From IMG/VR virus record IMGVR_UViG_3300033388_005634: a stretch of DNA of 64,000 bases; one strand, 5' to 3'. Under the pieces are notes generated by a model. That model was not told the DNA's origin. It was given only the letters and a program-made list of their open reading frames with translations, and made no database searches. Positions 41,103 to 50,100 of this stretch are shown here, one piece after another; the stretch's first letter is position 1; every line of letters begins with the position of its first letter. Made by a program: the position numbers and the translations under genes. The stretch is from a virus.

Positions 41103-41439
41103 ACTTGAGCTAATATTGGTAGGGTTATTTGTGATACTGATAATGATTCTCCTGTTCTACACTATTCCAGCTATGAGCTGGGAAGAGATCACGGTATGGG
41201 ACAATGACTGGAGTTCAAGTAGCGAGGTGAGGGTTATACCATACTCTAGGTGGGATAGTCAGCGAGGGAGCAGCTATGGGTATGTGTATAGCTATGGCCA
41301 GCCTTATTATAACTGGATCCCGCCAGCAGAAAGGGAGCTGGAGAGACAGGAGATCAGGAGAGAGGACTGGTGGGGAGGTGAGTATAAAGAGTGGCTAGGA
41401 GAGCAGGGAGTGAGTAAGGGGGAGATGATAGGATGGTAG
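41086..41439 (+). CDS. membrane protein (117 aa)
   Basis: ATG at 41086 after GAGGAGGTGAGTG. One N-terminal TM helix, then a Trp/Tyr/Glu-rich domain. Confidence 0.5.
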   Translation: MEKKDKLELILVGLFVILIMILLFYTIPAMSWEEITVWDNDWSSSSEVRVIPYSRWDSQRGSSYGYVYSYGQPYYNWIPPAERELERQEIRREDWWGGEYKEWLGEQGVSKGEMIGW

Positions 41440-41615
41440 GAAGACTGTGGGGCTGGTTCTTGTGTCATGTCATGGGAGATCACGACTGGACGTGTGCAGC
41501 AGAACAGGGGATCAAACCTACGCCTCTTCAGGTTAAGAACGGGATGGAAGGGTTCAAGGACTATGCTACGATGTACTGTAAGCAATGTGGAAAGATTAGC
41601 ATGTTACAACTTTAG
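41433..41615 (+). CDS. hypothetical protein (60 aa)
   Basis: ORF track. C-terminal CKQCGK. Confidence 0.4.
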   Translation: MVGRLWGWFLCHVMGDHDWTCAAEQGIKPTPLQVKNGMEGFKDYATMYCKQCGKISMLQL

Positions 41616-41627
41616 AAAGGAGGGCGC

Positions 41628-42560
41628 ATGAAAGTTTATCATCACAATGATCACGACGGTAGGTGTGCGGCAGCGATCGTGGAGATATATTTTAGCCGGA
41701 AGGATGAAGAGCCATCGTTAGAGGCCAGAGCTTCAGCTGAGATATTTAAAGAGATGGATGCGGACAGGGAGTATATCGAGGTAGACTATAAGGACGAGAT
41801 AGATGTGGAGGCCATCAAACTAAACGAGCTGATCTACATCGTAGACTTCTCGTTTAAGCCTGACGTGATGGAAGAGGTGTTGAAGAAGACTGGTTTTATT
41901 GTCTGGATCGATCATCACAAGACAGCGTTTGAGTATCAGTATTCCAGAAACCTAGATGGGATTAGGAATGCAGACGATGCAGCGTGTGAGTTGACGTGGA
42001 AGTTCCTGTTCCCGCTGGCTCCAATACCACGGGCTGTTGAACTGATAGGTGACTATGATAAGTGGGCACTCCAGTTTAAGCCAGTGTGCTTTCAGTTTTA
42101 TGAAGGATTAAAGCTTGAGGACACCAGCCCTACTTCTGCTATCTGGAACTGGATGTTCAATAGTGTGGAGCTGGTAGAGGAGATTACGGCGAAGGGCAAG
42201 GATCTAATCATTTACCGGGATAACTATTGTGGGGACATGCGAGACACCAACGGGTATACAACTAAGTTTAGCGGGTGTAATTGCTATGCCCTAAACGTGT
42301 ATGGATTTGGATCGCAGGCGTTTGGGAACGTGTGCATGAATATCTACGATGCGTGTATAGCCTACATCTACGATGGCAAGCAGTATACGGTAAGCTTGTA
42401 TTCCACGAGGGTAGATGTGTCAAAGATAGCGCAGGCGTTTGGAGGTGGTGGACATAAAAGAGCAGCTGGGTTTACCTGTAGGGAGCTGCCGTTTAAAAAA
42501 ACTAGAACCGAGAAGAAGGGAGAGAGTTGTGAAACTAGAGGGTGCGTTATTGCACGTTAA
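41628..42560 (+). CDS. DHH/DHHA1 phosphoesterase (NrnA/RecJ-core-like)
   Basis: Motifs HHNDHDG, VDFS, WIDHHKT (DHH) and GGGGHKRAAGF (DHHA1). Confidence 0.7.
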   Translation: MKVYHHNDHDGRCAAAIVEIYFSRKDEEPSLEARASAEIFKEMDADREYIEVDYKDEIDVEAIKLNELIYIVDFSFKPDVMEEVLKKTGFIVWIDHHKTAFEYQYSRNLDGIRNADDAACELTWKFLFPLAPIPRAVELIGDYDKWALQFKPVCFQFYEGLKLEDTSPTSAIWNWMFNSVELVEEITAKGKDLIIYRDNYCGDMRDTNGYTTKFSGCNCYALNVYGFGSQAFGNVCMNIYDACIAYIYDGKQYTVSLYSTRVDVSKIAQAFGGGGHKRAAGFTCRELPFKKTRTEKKGESCETRGCVIAR

Positions 42561-42762
42561 CTGTAGAAAGGCAAGTAGGTACATTAAGTTGTGGTGTCCG
42601 TACTGTGATGAGATTGTTCTCTTTGGTCAACAGGAATGGTACGATGATGTGTGGTGTACCAAGTGTAGGAGGGTGTTTTCTCCAGATCCTCGGCATCACC
42701 AGTGGCCAAAGGGGTTGGATATTAAAACAGGAGAACTAATAACCTTAAAAGAGGAGGAGTGA
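42529..42762 (+). CDS. zinc-ribbon protein (77 aa), GTG start
   Basis: GTG at 42529 after AAGGGAGAGAG. CPYCDE...CTKCRR. The upstream part of track ORF 42439 overlaps the DHH gene. Confidence 0.4.
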   Translation: MKLEGALLHVNCRKASRYIKLWCPYCDEIVLFGQQEWYDDVWCTKCRRVFSPDPRHHQWPKGLDIKTGELITLKEEE

Positions 42763-42763
42763 G

Positions 42764-43030
42764 ATGGGAGACTTAAAGGTATACGGGAAAGGGATGATAA
42801 GCAAGCTGGATGAAGAAGGAGACAGTAGGATCGAGTGGGATCCAGAGAACGAGGAAGAGATAAAAGCCGCAGAGGAGATGTTTAAAACTAACATGAAAAT
42901 CGATGGGATGAAAGCTTATGAGATTGGCAAAGACGGTAACAAGGTGGATAAGGAGCTTAAGAGATTTAATCCGAACGCTGCCAAAATCATACTCGTTCCT
43001 CAGATCGCTGGGGGGAGGACTGGGGGGTAG
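42764..43030 (+). CDS. hypothetical protein (88 aa)
   Basis: ORF track. GAGGAGGAGTGAG precedes the ATG. Confidence 0.5.
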   Translation: MGDLKVYGKGMISKLDEEGDSRIEWDPENEEEIKAAEEMFKTNMKIDGMKAYEIGKDGNKVDKELKRFNPNAAKIILVPQIAGGRTGG

Positions 43031-43034
43031 ACAG

Positions 43035-44177
43035 ATGGCTATACCACCAGACAGATATGCTTGGTTGAGGAATGAAGATGCCTACACGTCTAGCACGTCC
43101 AGCGCTGCAACTTCAGGAACGGATGGCACAGTATCAGGAACGTTCTACGATGAGGGATCAACAGACTCAAACTCTTGGTACCTCCTGAATAACTCTATTG
43201 CCTGTATTGCTCCCGGAACAATGGTGCAGATGGCTGGGCCCGGGCAGATTATACCGGTGCGCTCGATGGATGATCTGGCACATGATCCGAGGGTGATAGA
43301 AGAGCAGGATCGAAGAATGAGACAAGAGATAGCAAACCTTCAGGCTCAGATGGAACGGGAGGTGTCGGCAAATATCGGAGGTAGTTATCAGCGTGGAGCA
43401 CAGCCACGGAATGCCACAGAAATGATGCTACTAACTCAGCAGGAACAGCAGCAAGCTCAACAGCAGGCAGTCCCCCCTTATGAAGCCAATAGGTTTCATG
43501 AATTAGGTGAAACTATGCGGCGGATTGAGAGGGAAATCGAAAGATCAACGGGAATGTATCCATTACCAGAAGCACCACCTCCCATAGCTATAGCAGAAGG
43601 TGAGGAAGGGGAGGTACGGACACATATCCCGCAGTCTCACTATGAGAGGATGGTGGGAGAGCGGGAGCAGGCACATGAGTACCTCGCAGAGCAGCAGAGA
43701 AGGTTTGCAGTGCAGCGGGCTATGATGGGGCCGGGGTCTATTGATAACAACGCCAACTACCACTATGGTGTTACCTTCCACGACGATCCTTGTGATGCTC
43801 CTCCACCTATTATATCTAACGAGCATATGAAGAGGAGAGAGAAGGCTGAGGAGAGGGCACAGGAGTTACTCGGTATGATCATAGGAGAGGAAGATCTTGG
43901 TGTGTATAAGAAGACTGGTAATCTCTACGTGAAGGGGAAGAAGTATGAGTATATTATCCAGAAAGACGGGTTCATACTCCAGCTTAAGAAGGATCGGGTA
44001 GTTAACCTGTGTTGTCATCTTGAGAAGAAGAATGCCATGCCTCTTACCGATAACGTGATTGCCATGAAGCTCAGGATTGAGAACGAGGAGAAGGATGTGC
44101 TGCAACTAGCTAACGAATGGGGGTCTCAGAGCAGAAGGACATACAAGCTCCCGGAATGTGCGGGGATGGTGGCATGA
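43035..44177 (+). CDS. hypothetical protein (380 aa)
   Basis: Track ORF trimmed to the ATG at 43035 (MAIPPDRYAWL...). Q/E-rich central coiled coil. Confidence 0.5.
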   Translation: MAIPPDRYAWLRNEDAYTSSTSSAATSGTDGTVSGTFYDEGSTDSNSWYLLNNSIACIAPGTMVQMAGPGQIIPVRSMDDLAHDPRVIEEQDRRMRQEIANLQAQMEREVSANIGGSYQRGAQPRNATEMMLLTQQEQQQAQQQAVPPYEANRFHELGETMRRIEREIERSTGMYPLPEAPPPIAIAEGEEGEVRTHIPQSHYERMVGEREQAHEYLAEQQRRFAVQRAMMGPGSIDNNANYHYGVTFHDDPCDAPPPIISNEHMKRREKAEERAQELLGMIIGEEDLGVYKKTGNLYVKGKKYEYIIQKDGFILQLKKDRVVNLCCHLEKKNAMPLTDNVIAMKLRIENEEKDVLQLANEWGSQSRRTYKLPECAGMVA

Positions 44178-45058
44178 AGGATCGAAAGGTATCAATCAAG
44201 GACTTTGGCAAGGTATATAGAAAGGGAATGAGCCACTCGGAGTTTCTAGGGATCCTCCCAGATACTCTAGCTGCTAGAGATCTAAAAGAGATAGCCTACC
44301 GAATAGTAGATGCCCGCAAGAACAAGAGGCCTGTGATCCTTGGAATGGGAGCTCATGTAATCAAGGTGGGCCTGAGTCCCCTGATCATCAACATGATGGA
44401 AAGAGGTTTCATCTCCTGTATAGCTATGAATGGAGCAGGAGCTATCCATGACGTAGAGATAGCTGAGTGGGGAAAGACATCTGAGGATGTCGAGATCGGG
44501 CTACAAAATGGAACGTTTGGTATGGAAAGAGATGCTGCGGAGATAATTAACAGTGCCGTGAAAGCAGCAGCCCCTGATCTTGGTATGGGAGCGGCGATTG
44601 GAACTGCTCTTTTACAAAGAGATCCTATCTATAAAAAGATGAGTTTGCTGACTATGGCACAAATATTTATGGTACCTGTAACGGTTCACGTAAGTATAGG
44701 GACGGATACTATCCACATGCACCCGAGCTTTTGTGGTGCGGCAACCGGAAAGGCCAGTCATAATGACTTTAAGCGACTTGCTCGTTTTGTTGCACACCTT
44801 GAAGGTGGAGTGTTCTTGAATGTAGGGTCAGCTGTTATCCTGCCAGAGATATTTCTTAAGGCGTTAAATCTAGCCAGAAACTCAGGAGCTAAAGTAGAGA
44901 ACCTGACTACAGTGAACATGGATTTCATCCGTCACTACAGGCCATCGGTTAACGTGGTAGAGCGGCCTACCGCATTAGGGGGAAAAGGTTTTCACCTGAT
45001 CGGACACCATGAGATCATGCTGCCTCTTTTGGCAGCAGCTATTATAGAGGATATGTGA
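44174..45058 (+). CDS. conserved enzyme-like protein, possibly DHS-like (deoxyhypusine-synthase-type) NAD-binding fold
   Basis: ATG at 44174 (ATGA overlap). PVILGMGAHVIKVGLSPLII...IAMNGAGAIHDVEIAEWGKTSEDV...HVSIGTD. The fold assignment is a weak by-eye impression. Confidence 0.25.
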   Translation: MKDRKVSIKDFGKVYRKGMSHSEFLGILPDTLAARDLKEIAYRIVDARKNKRPVILGMGAHVIKVGLSPLIINMMERGFISCIAMNGAGAIHDVEIAEWGKTSEDVEIGLQNGTFGMERDAAEIINSAVKAAAPDLGMGAAIGTALLQRDPIYKKMSLLTMAQIFMVPVTVHVSIGTDTIHMHPSFCGAATGKASHNDFKRLARFVAHLEGGVFLNVGSAVILPEIFLKALNLARNSGAKVENLTTVNMDFIRHYRPSVNVVERPTALGGKGFHLIGHHEIMLPLLAAAIIEDM

Positions 45059-45059
45059 G

Positions 45060-45239
45060 ATGAAAGGGAAGCAGACAACTAGAGAGCAGCACCTGTTAGA
45101 CTTTATCGATCCAGATGAGCTGAACGACTGGGAGCAAGAGTTCTACTACTCGGTGAAGGAACAGTTTGAAAGAAGCGGGAGGTTGAGTGAGAAACAGATG
45201 GTTGTGTTAGAGAGAATTTATGAGAAAGGAGGAGGGTAA
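45060..45239 (+). CDS. hypothetical protein (59 aa)
   Basis: Own translation MKGKQTTREQHLLDFIDPDELNDWEQEFYYSVKEQFERSGRLSEKQMVVLERIYEKGGG. Confidence 0.4.
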   Translation: MKGKQTTREQHLLDFIDPDELNDWEQEFYYSVKEQFERSGRLSEKQMVVLERIYEKGGG

Positions 45240-45240
45240 C

Positions 45241-45696
45241 ATGGGCGTGTGGAGAGATATATATGGGCCACAGAACGAAGACTTTATAGCTGGCGTGAAG
45301 GCCGGGGTAAGGATGTTTGCAGTATGGAAGGATGGAGAGCAGCTGGTAGGTGTGGCAAAAACCCCACTCGAACGAGAGTTTAAAGAGATTGAAGATGATC
45401 TAAGCAAGAAGAAGCCGAACTGCTATGAGTGTGTATATAGAGGGACTCTGCCGGGTGACACTCACTCTAAATGCCTCCATCCGGATGTTAGAGCTATAGC
45501 CGAGGATCCCTTAGCCACCATAGCGGGGATGTTTGCAAGCGTAGGTAGAGAACCACCGATGCCTTATCCATCGATAGGCAAGAAACTTAATATTAAGGGG
45601 AATGAACACGGGATCAAAAAAGGCTGGTTTAACTGGCCGGTCAACTTTGATCCGTGCTGGTTAATATCATGTGATGGGTTTGAGGAGAAAAAATAA
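45241..45696 (+). CDS. hypothetical protein (151 aa)
   Basis: ATG at 45241 after AAAGGAGGAGGGTAAC. Confidence 0.5.
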   Translation: MGVWRDIYGPQNEDFIAGVKAGVRMFAVWKDGEQLVGVAKTPLEREFKEIEDDLSKKKPNCYECVYRGTLPGDTHSKCLHPDVRAIAEDPLATIAGMFASVGREPPMPYPSIGKKLNIKGNEHGIKKGWFNWPVNFDPCWLISCDGFEEKK

Positions 45697-45717
45697 GAGG
45701 GGAAAGGAGGTGAGAAC

Positions 45718-45969
45718 GTGGCAACAACGATAGTAGGAATTAGGATCAACAGTGTGAGTATTAGCGAAGACAGTGACAACAAAGGAACGCTGAAGACAAC
45801 GGGTAGCTATTCTCTTATATCAGATAAGGGGAAAGTTCTGGCTACTCAAGGGTTTAACGGGTACGGTGATATCAAGGTGGCTGTTTCACCTGAAGCAATA
45901 AGGCAGCTGTTTGAGTCGGTAGAGAAGACAGTTGCATTAACCATTGGATTAGAGGAGGACGAGAAATGA
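45718..45969 (+). CDS. hypothetical protein (83 aa), GTG start
   Basis: ORF track. GAAAGGAGGTGAGAAC precedes the GTG. Confidence 0.45.
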   Translation: MATTIVGIRINSVSISEDSDNKGTLKTTGSYSLISDKGKVLATQGFNGYGDIKVAVSPEAIRQLFESVEKTVALTIGLEEDEK

Positions 45970-46166
45970 AAGAGGTGAGACCAGTAGCAGAGCTTATAGC
46001 AGAAGAACAGGACGCAATGGTAGAAAGAGAAGAGCAGCGTATTAAGAACAGACTTAGATCTATCCTAGAAAGTATCTCCTTATCGCAGAGAGAGATCAGG
46101 GACGATCAGAAGAGGCTTGCCGGGTTCCAGAAACAGCTTGCGGAGTTTACCTGTGAAAACATGTAA
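45966..46166 (+). CDS. coiled-coil protein (66 aa)
   Basis: ORF track. ATGA overlap. Confidence 0.45.
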   Translation: MKEVRPVAELIAEEQDAMVEREEQRIKNRLRSILESISLSQREIRDDQKRLAGFQKQLAEFTCENM

Positions 46167-46188
46167 GTATTACGATAAGCAGAGAGGG

Positions 46189-46335
46189 ATGTGTTTGGGA
46201 TACCACGCTCACGATCGACCGGGAGGGTGGGTAGAAAAGATGCCCGGTGAGTGTGTGTTTGATGGGAGACCACCGCAGGATAAGAGACAGGATAAGTGGT
46301 GTTTAGGATATGAACCTAGTGAGAAAGGAGAGTAA
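46189..46335 (+). CDS. hypothetical protein (48 aa), start uncertain
   Basis: In-frame ATG at 46189 after AGAGAGGG. The track start at 46117 is a TTG overlapping the previous gene. Ends ...GYEPSEKGE. Confidence 0.3.
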   Translation: MCLGYHAHDRPGGWVEKMPGECVFDGRPPQDKRQDKWCLGYEPSEKGE

Positions 46336-46337
46336 AC

Positions 46338-46478
46338 ATGTTTGTGTTGGTCATCTGCCCTAAATGTGGGAATGAGCAATTAGAAGACGATGACAATACC
46401 ACCTGTCTCTGTGATGAGTGTGACCACGAGATTGAATATGAACCTAGTGAGAAAGGAGAGAGTAATGACAACGATTGA
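46338..46478 (+). CDS. zinc-ribbon peptide (46 aa)
   Basis: Own translation MFVLVICPKCGNEQLEDDDNTTCLCDECDHEIEYEPSEKGESNDND. Shares YEPSEKGE and a 25-nt repeat with the previous ORF. Confidence 0.4.
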   Translation: MFVLVICPKCGNEQLEDDDNTTCLCDECDHEIEYEPSEKGESNDND

Positions 46479-46737
46479 TATGTTTAAGTTTCAGATAGGA
46501 GATGTCGTACAGTTTATATCGGCATCTAATCACAAAATGCTGATCATCGAGCAGCACCTTCAGATTTGTGTCGGTGGACAGCAGCTCAAGTATCTGACCA
46601 GACCGTTCGGAAGAGCAAGACATGAGGGAATAGCTAAAGATTATACCTTCTACAACGAGATGGAGCTGGAGCTGGAGCCGGTAAAAGATGAAGATACCCC
46701 AAAGGTAGATCCGAGAGTGACTAACAAGGTAGACTAA
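46465..46737 (+). CDS. hypothetical protein (90 aa), last gene of the plus-strand block
   Basis: ATG at 46465 after AAAGGAGAGAGTA. Confidence 0.5.
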   Translation: MTTIDMFKFQIGDVVQFISASNHKMLIIEQHLQICVGGQQLKYLTRPFGRARHEGIAKDYTFYNEMELELEPVKDEDTPKVDPRVTNKVD

Positions 46738-46762
46738 CTTAGCAAGGAAGAGAAACCTAAGA

Positions 46763-46815
46763 AGGCGCAATAGACAGCTGGGAAGTGACTTTAGGAGCTT
46801 CCCGAGCTGGCGCCT
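46763..46815. terminator. bidirectional terminator candidate between convergent blocks
   Basis: Imperfect long hairpin AGGCGC...AGCTGGGAAG-loop-CTTCCC(G)AGCT-GGCGCCT. T-rich sequence lies on both sides (T8 run at 46843-46850). Confidence 0.4.
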
Positions 46816-46912
46816 GAAGCTTTCTTCTGTTTCTTCTTCCGCTTTTTTTTCTTCTTCTCTACAATAGTAAGTCCTTTCCTCATGAGATGCGGGATGTTCG
46901 CTCTTATAATGG

Positions 46913-47107
46913 TCATTTTTTCTTATGAGTCCTCTTGTAAGTCCTTTTGGCTTTGGCCAGCTTACCCGTACCTCCCCTTCCCTCTAACTTGGAAGTCCCG
47001 GGCTTACCTTTGACGATAGAAGCATAGTAGACATCCTCACCCTTCTTGGCACCATACTGCTTCTTCATCGCTCTCATTGTTTTCTCACCCGCTTTTGTCC
47101 TTGGCAT
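46913..47107 (-). CDS. small very basic protein (64 aa)
   Basis: ORF track. Lys/Arg/Gly-rich. Last gene of the right-hand late block. Confidence 0.45.
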   Translation of the reverse strand: MPRTKAGEKTMRAMKKQYGAKKGEDVYYASIVKGKPGTSKLEGRGGTGKLAKAKRTYKRTHKKK

Positions 47108-47116
47108 AATTCCCCC

Positions 47117-50100
47117 TTATGGTGGCATGTAGAGCTCCAGCTGCCATGGTAACGTTGACCCGTCCATCTTGCGCTTAAACATAAGCTCTCTTTCCATCTT
47201 TGGCTGCCGTCTCAATCCTAAGAAGATCCTTGCCTGTCTTTGCTTCTCATACTCCTCTCTTATCTGCTTTCTCTCCTCATCTGTCTTTGCTCTCTCAATC
47301 ATTACTTCCAGCCGGTTCTGTTGTGTCCCGGGATCAATCAGCATGTTGACAAGGCGCTCACCATAGAGTTGAGACATAATCCCGGCCTTTGCTTTCTTAT
47401 CAAGCTCAGGTTTGAATAGTTTGGGATCTATCTGGCCCATCATGTCATACATCTCAACAAGCGTATTGGTAAACTTATCTGACTGGACAAACTCCTGATT
47501 TGTCCCACGAAAACCAATGTAGGTTCGTTCAATATCATTGAAATACTGGAGAGCTTGGTTGGATACCCATTTGATCCGGGCTGTGTCATCCATCGTGTAG
47601 ACCTTGCCATTCCCAAGCCTGATCTCTCCTTTAGGTGTCATATCAAATATCCCTATTGCCTCTTTCCCTATAAAGTTATCAAGGAATCTTCTGAATGCAA
47701 TGTCAATAGGCTGTTTCTTTTGCTGAGTCTTGATAATGTTGGCTCCCAAGAATGGTACCATTGTCTTGACAAAGAACTGAGCTCCTTCCCATTTCCTCTG
47801 CATGGGATTGAGGCTGTTATACTCAGCTGAGTATATGGGGACTTTATCATATGGATCTCTCCGATCCTTCAGGCCGATATAGAACCTGATAAGAGGAGCC
47901 ATGAGATACGCTACTCCACGGTACTCCTGAACTCCCCATTCCTTTATCGTCCGAAGAGCTGCATCTCTGGGAGTCCATGGTTTACCGTTTGCAGGATTGA
48001 TCTCCCCTCTGTACACCCGTGAGGCCATCTCTGTAGCAATAGTGAAGATCTTAGTACCGATCAGAACATCCTGTGGGAGCTGAAGTGCCCAAGTTCTTGC
48101 ATCTCCAGCAGGAGTCTCTTCTATGTCAAAGTGGATCTTGTTCCTTAACCAGTCTGGTCGTCGAAGCTCCCGTTGTCTGGCCTCCTCATTCCTGTTATTC
48201 CATGCCTGAGCAGCAAGAGGAGCGGCAAACATACCGACAAGAGCCTTCCCTTTATTCTTCCACATCCACCTGTGAACCAGTCGGGAGTTATGGAAGTACC
48301 ATGTGTTGCCGGTAATGAATATATTATTGTTCCTTCTGGCCAGCCAGTAACCAGTACCAGTTTTGGGACACCAAACAGTACCTTTATAATCACTCTCTTT
48401 CACCAGCCTTATGTTACTTCTCTTGATAGCTCTGGCAGTATTGTGCTGGAGAAATACCCCTTTGGTACTTGTTCTACTTGCTATCCCTGCTGTTGTGCAA
48501 AGCATCTGGAACAGGTCCTGCTGTTCCTTGTTTTGTCTGACAAATATCTTCCATCTTCCATTACTCTTATCCTTACTCCCATCTCCTCTTAACATGTGTT
48601 CGATAAGTATTCTTTTCTGGTGTGAAGATAGCATTACAATAAGCTCAGGCGTAAGTTTTCTCACCGGTTGGATCCTAGTGATAATCTTAGCATCCTCTTT
48701 AGCTATCCTAAACCTGTACTTCTTAAGCTTTCCATAACTACTTGCTTGAGGTTTCCCAATGGACTCAGCAAAGTTGATGTCGAGCCCTTTTAACAAACGC
48801 CTGATTTCTTTTACATATCCGGGCTTAGACTGATAGATAACGACAGCTCCCCCCTTCTGCAACGTTGCATCGGTAAGGTACCATCCTAAAAGCTTAATCA
48901 GATTATCTTCGGCTAACAGTCCTATTTGTTCCTGTGGATTAGCTACAATAGGGATCTTACTGTCCAGAGGAAGGGTGAGAAGCTCTTCTGCCTCTACCAC
49001 CTTATACTTTCCATCCCGATTTTGTATCACAGTCGAGTGACAGGGAGTAGTAAACGCATTGCACGATCTGTTTGTTACCTCTATCATCGTATCGTCATAA
49101 CCATGACTCGTGAATACTCCTTCTAACGTTGACCATTGGCAGATACCTTTCTCTAAGTTGAAACTCCAGATCCTATCCTTCTTAGCTTTCAGCTCATCAT
49201 ACCTCTTCCAGCCTCTATCAGTAAGGCATTCTGTCTTGTCATCAACACAGCCGAATGGAGTAAGCATCCCTCGACCTATTCTTCGGAACCCTTTGGATAC
49301 GGCAGCGTAATCAACGAGGACCTCACGAGCAATCTTACCAAGTGCTGCTTTCTGATCCAGCCCTTTTGTGTCAATCCATGAGTGGGCTTTGATCATTTCA
49401 GAAGCTGTCCCCTCTTTCATGGATTTCAGAAGAGTTGATGCATAAGCTGTACGATTGATCCCTTCTCTCATCTGGGATACGGTCATAGATTTATCAAGGA
49501 TCATCCGGAGCGGGTTTTTGGATCCTTTTATTTGTTTGGGTAGCTCTGTCATAAAGAACGATGCACCAAGGATATCTTCACTCAGGATGAACTCATGGAG
49601 TTCTTTAAGATGACCGGTATGAGGTTTGGCCCGTGCCTCATTCATAAGGTATTTGAGTGATGTCTCCATCTCGATAAGGAGTCTGGTCGGCTGTGGGTGC
49701 TGGATAGCCACCATGAACGTGTCACCGATCAGATTGTTCATGTTGAATGACGGGTAGTGAGAGAGGATTGCCATGTTCTTCCAGTAGCCGGTAATGAGGT
49801 TCATACGGTGGACAAGAGGGCTGCCACTCTCTGAAAATGACTTGAAGGATCGGAAGATGTCAGCTGGGATCAGGCTAACATTCTTGTACCTGCCTAGTGC
49901 CATCTGCCCCTCATTTGTCATGTAGATCGTCCGGCTGAACGGCTGGTCTGGTGTGTATGACCAGTGATCTCCTTTACCTTTGAATGATGGATCCACTTTG
50001 GCAAGCTCTTCCTCTGTCCAGAGCCTGCCGGGCTTGGGGGTGTTGACAACTTCTATCTCTTTCATGATTCCTTCAGGGTAAGCTTTGCTCTTCACTAATC

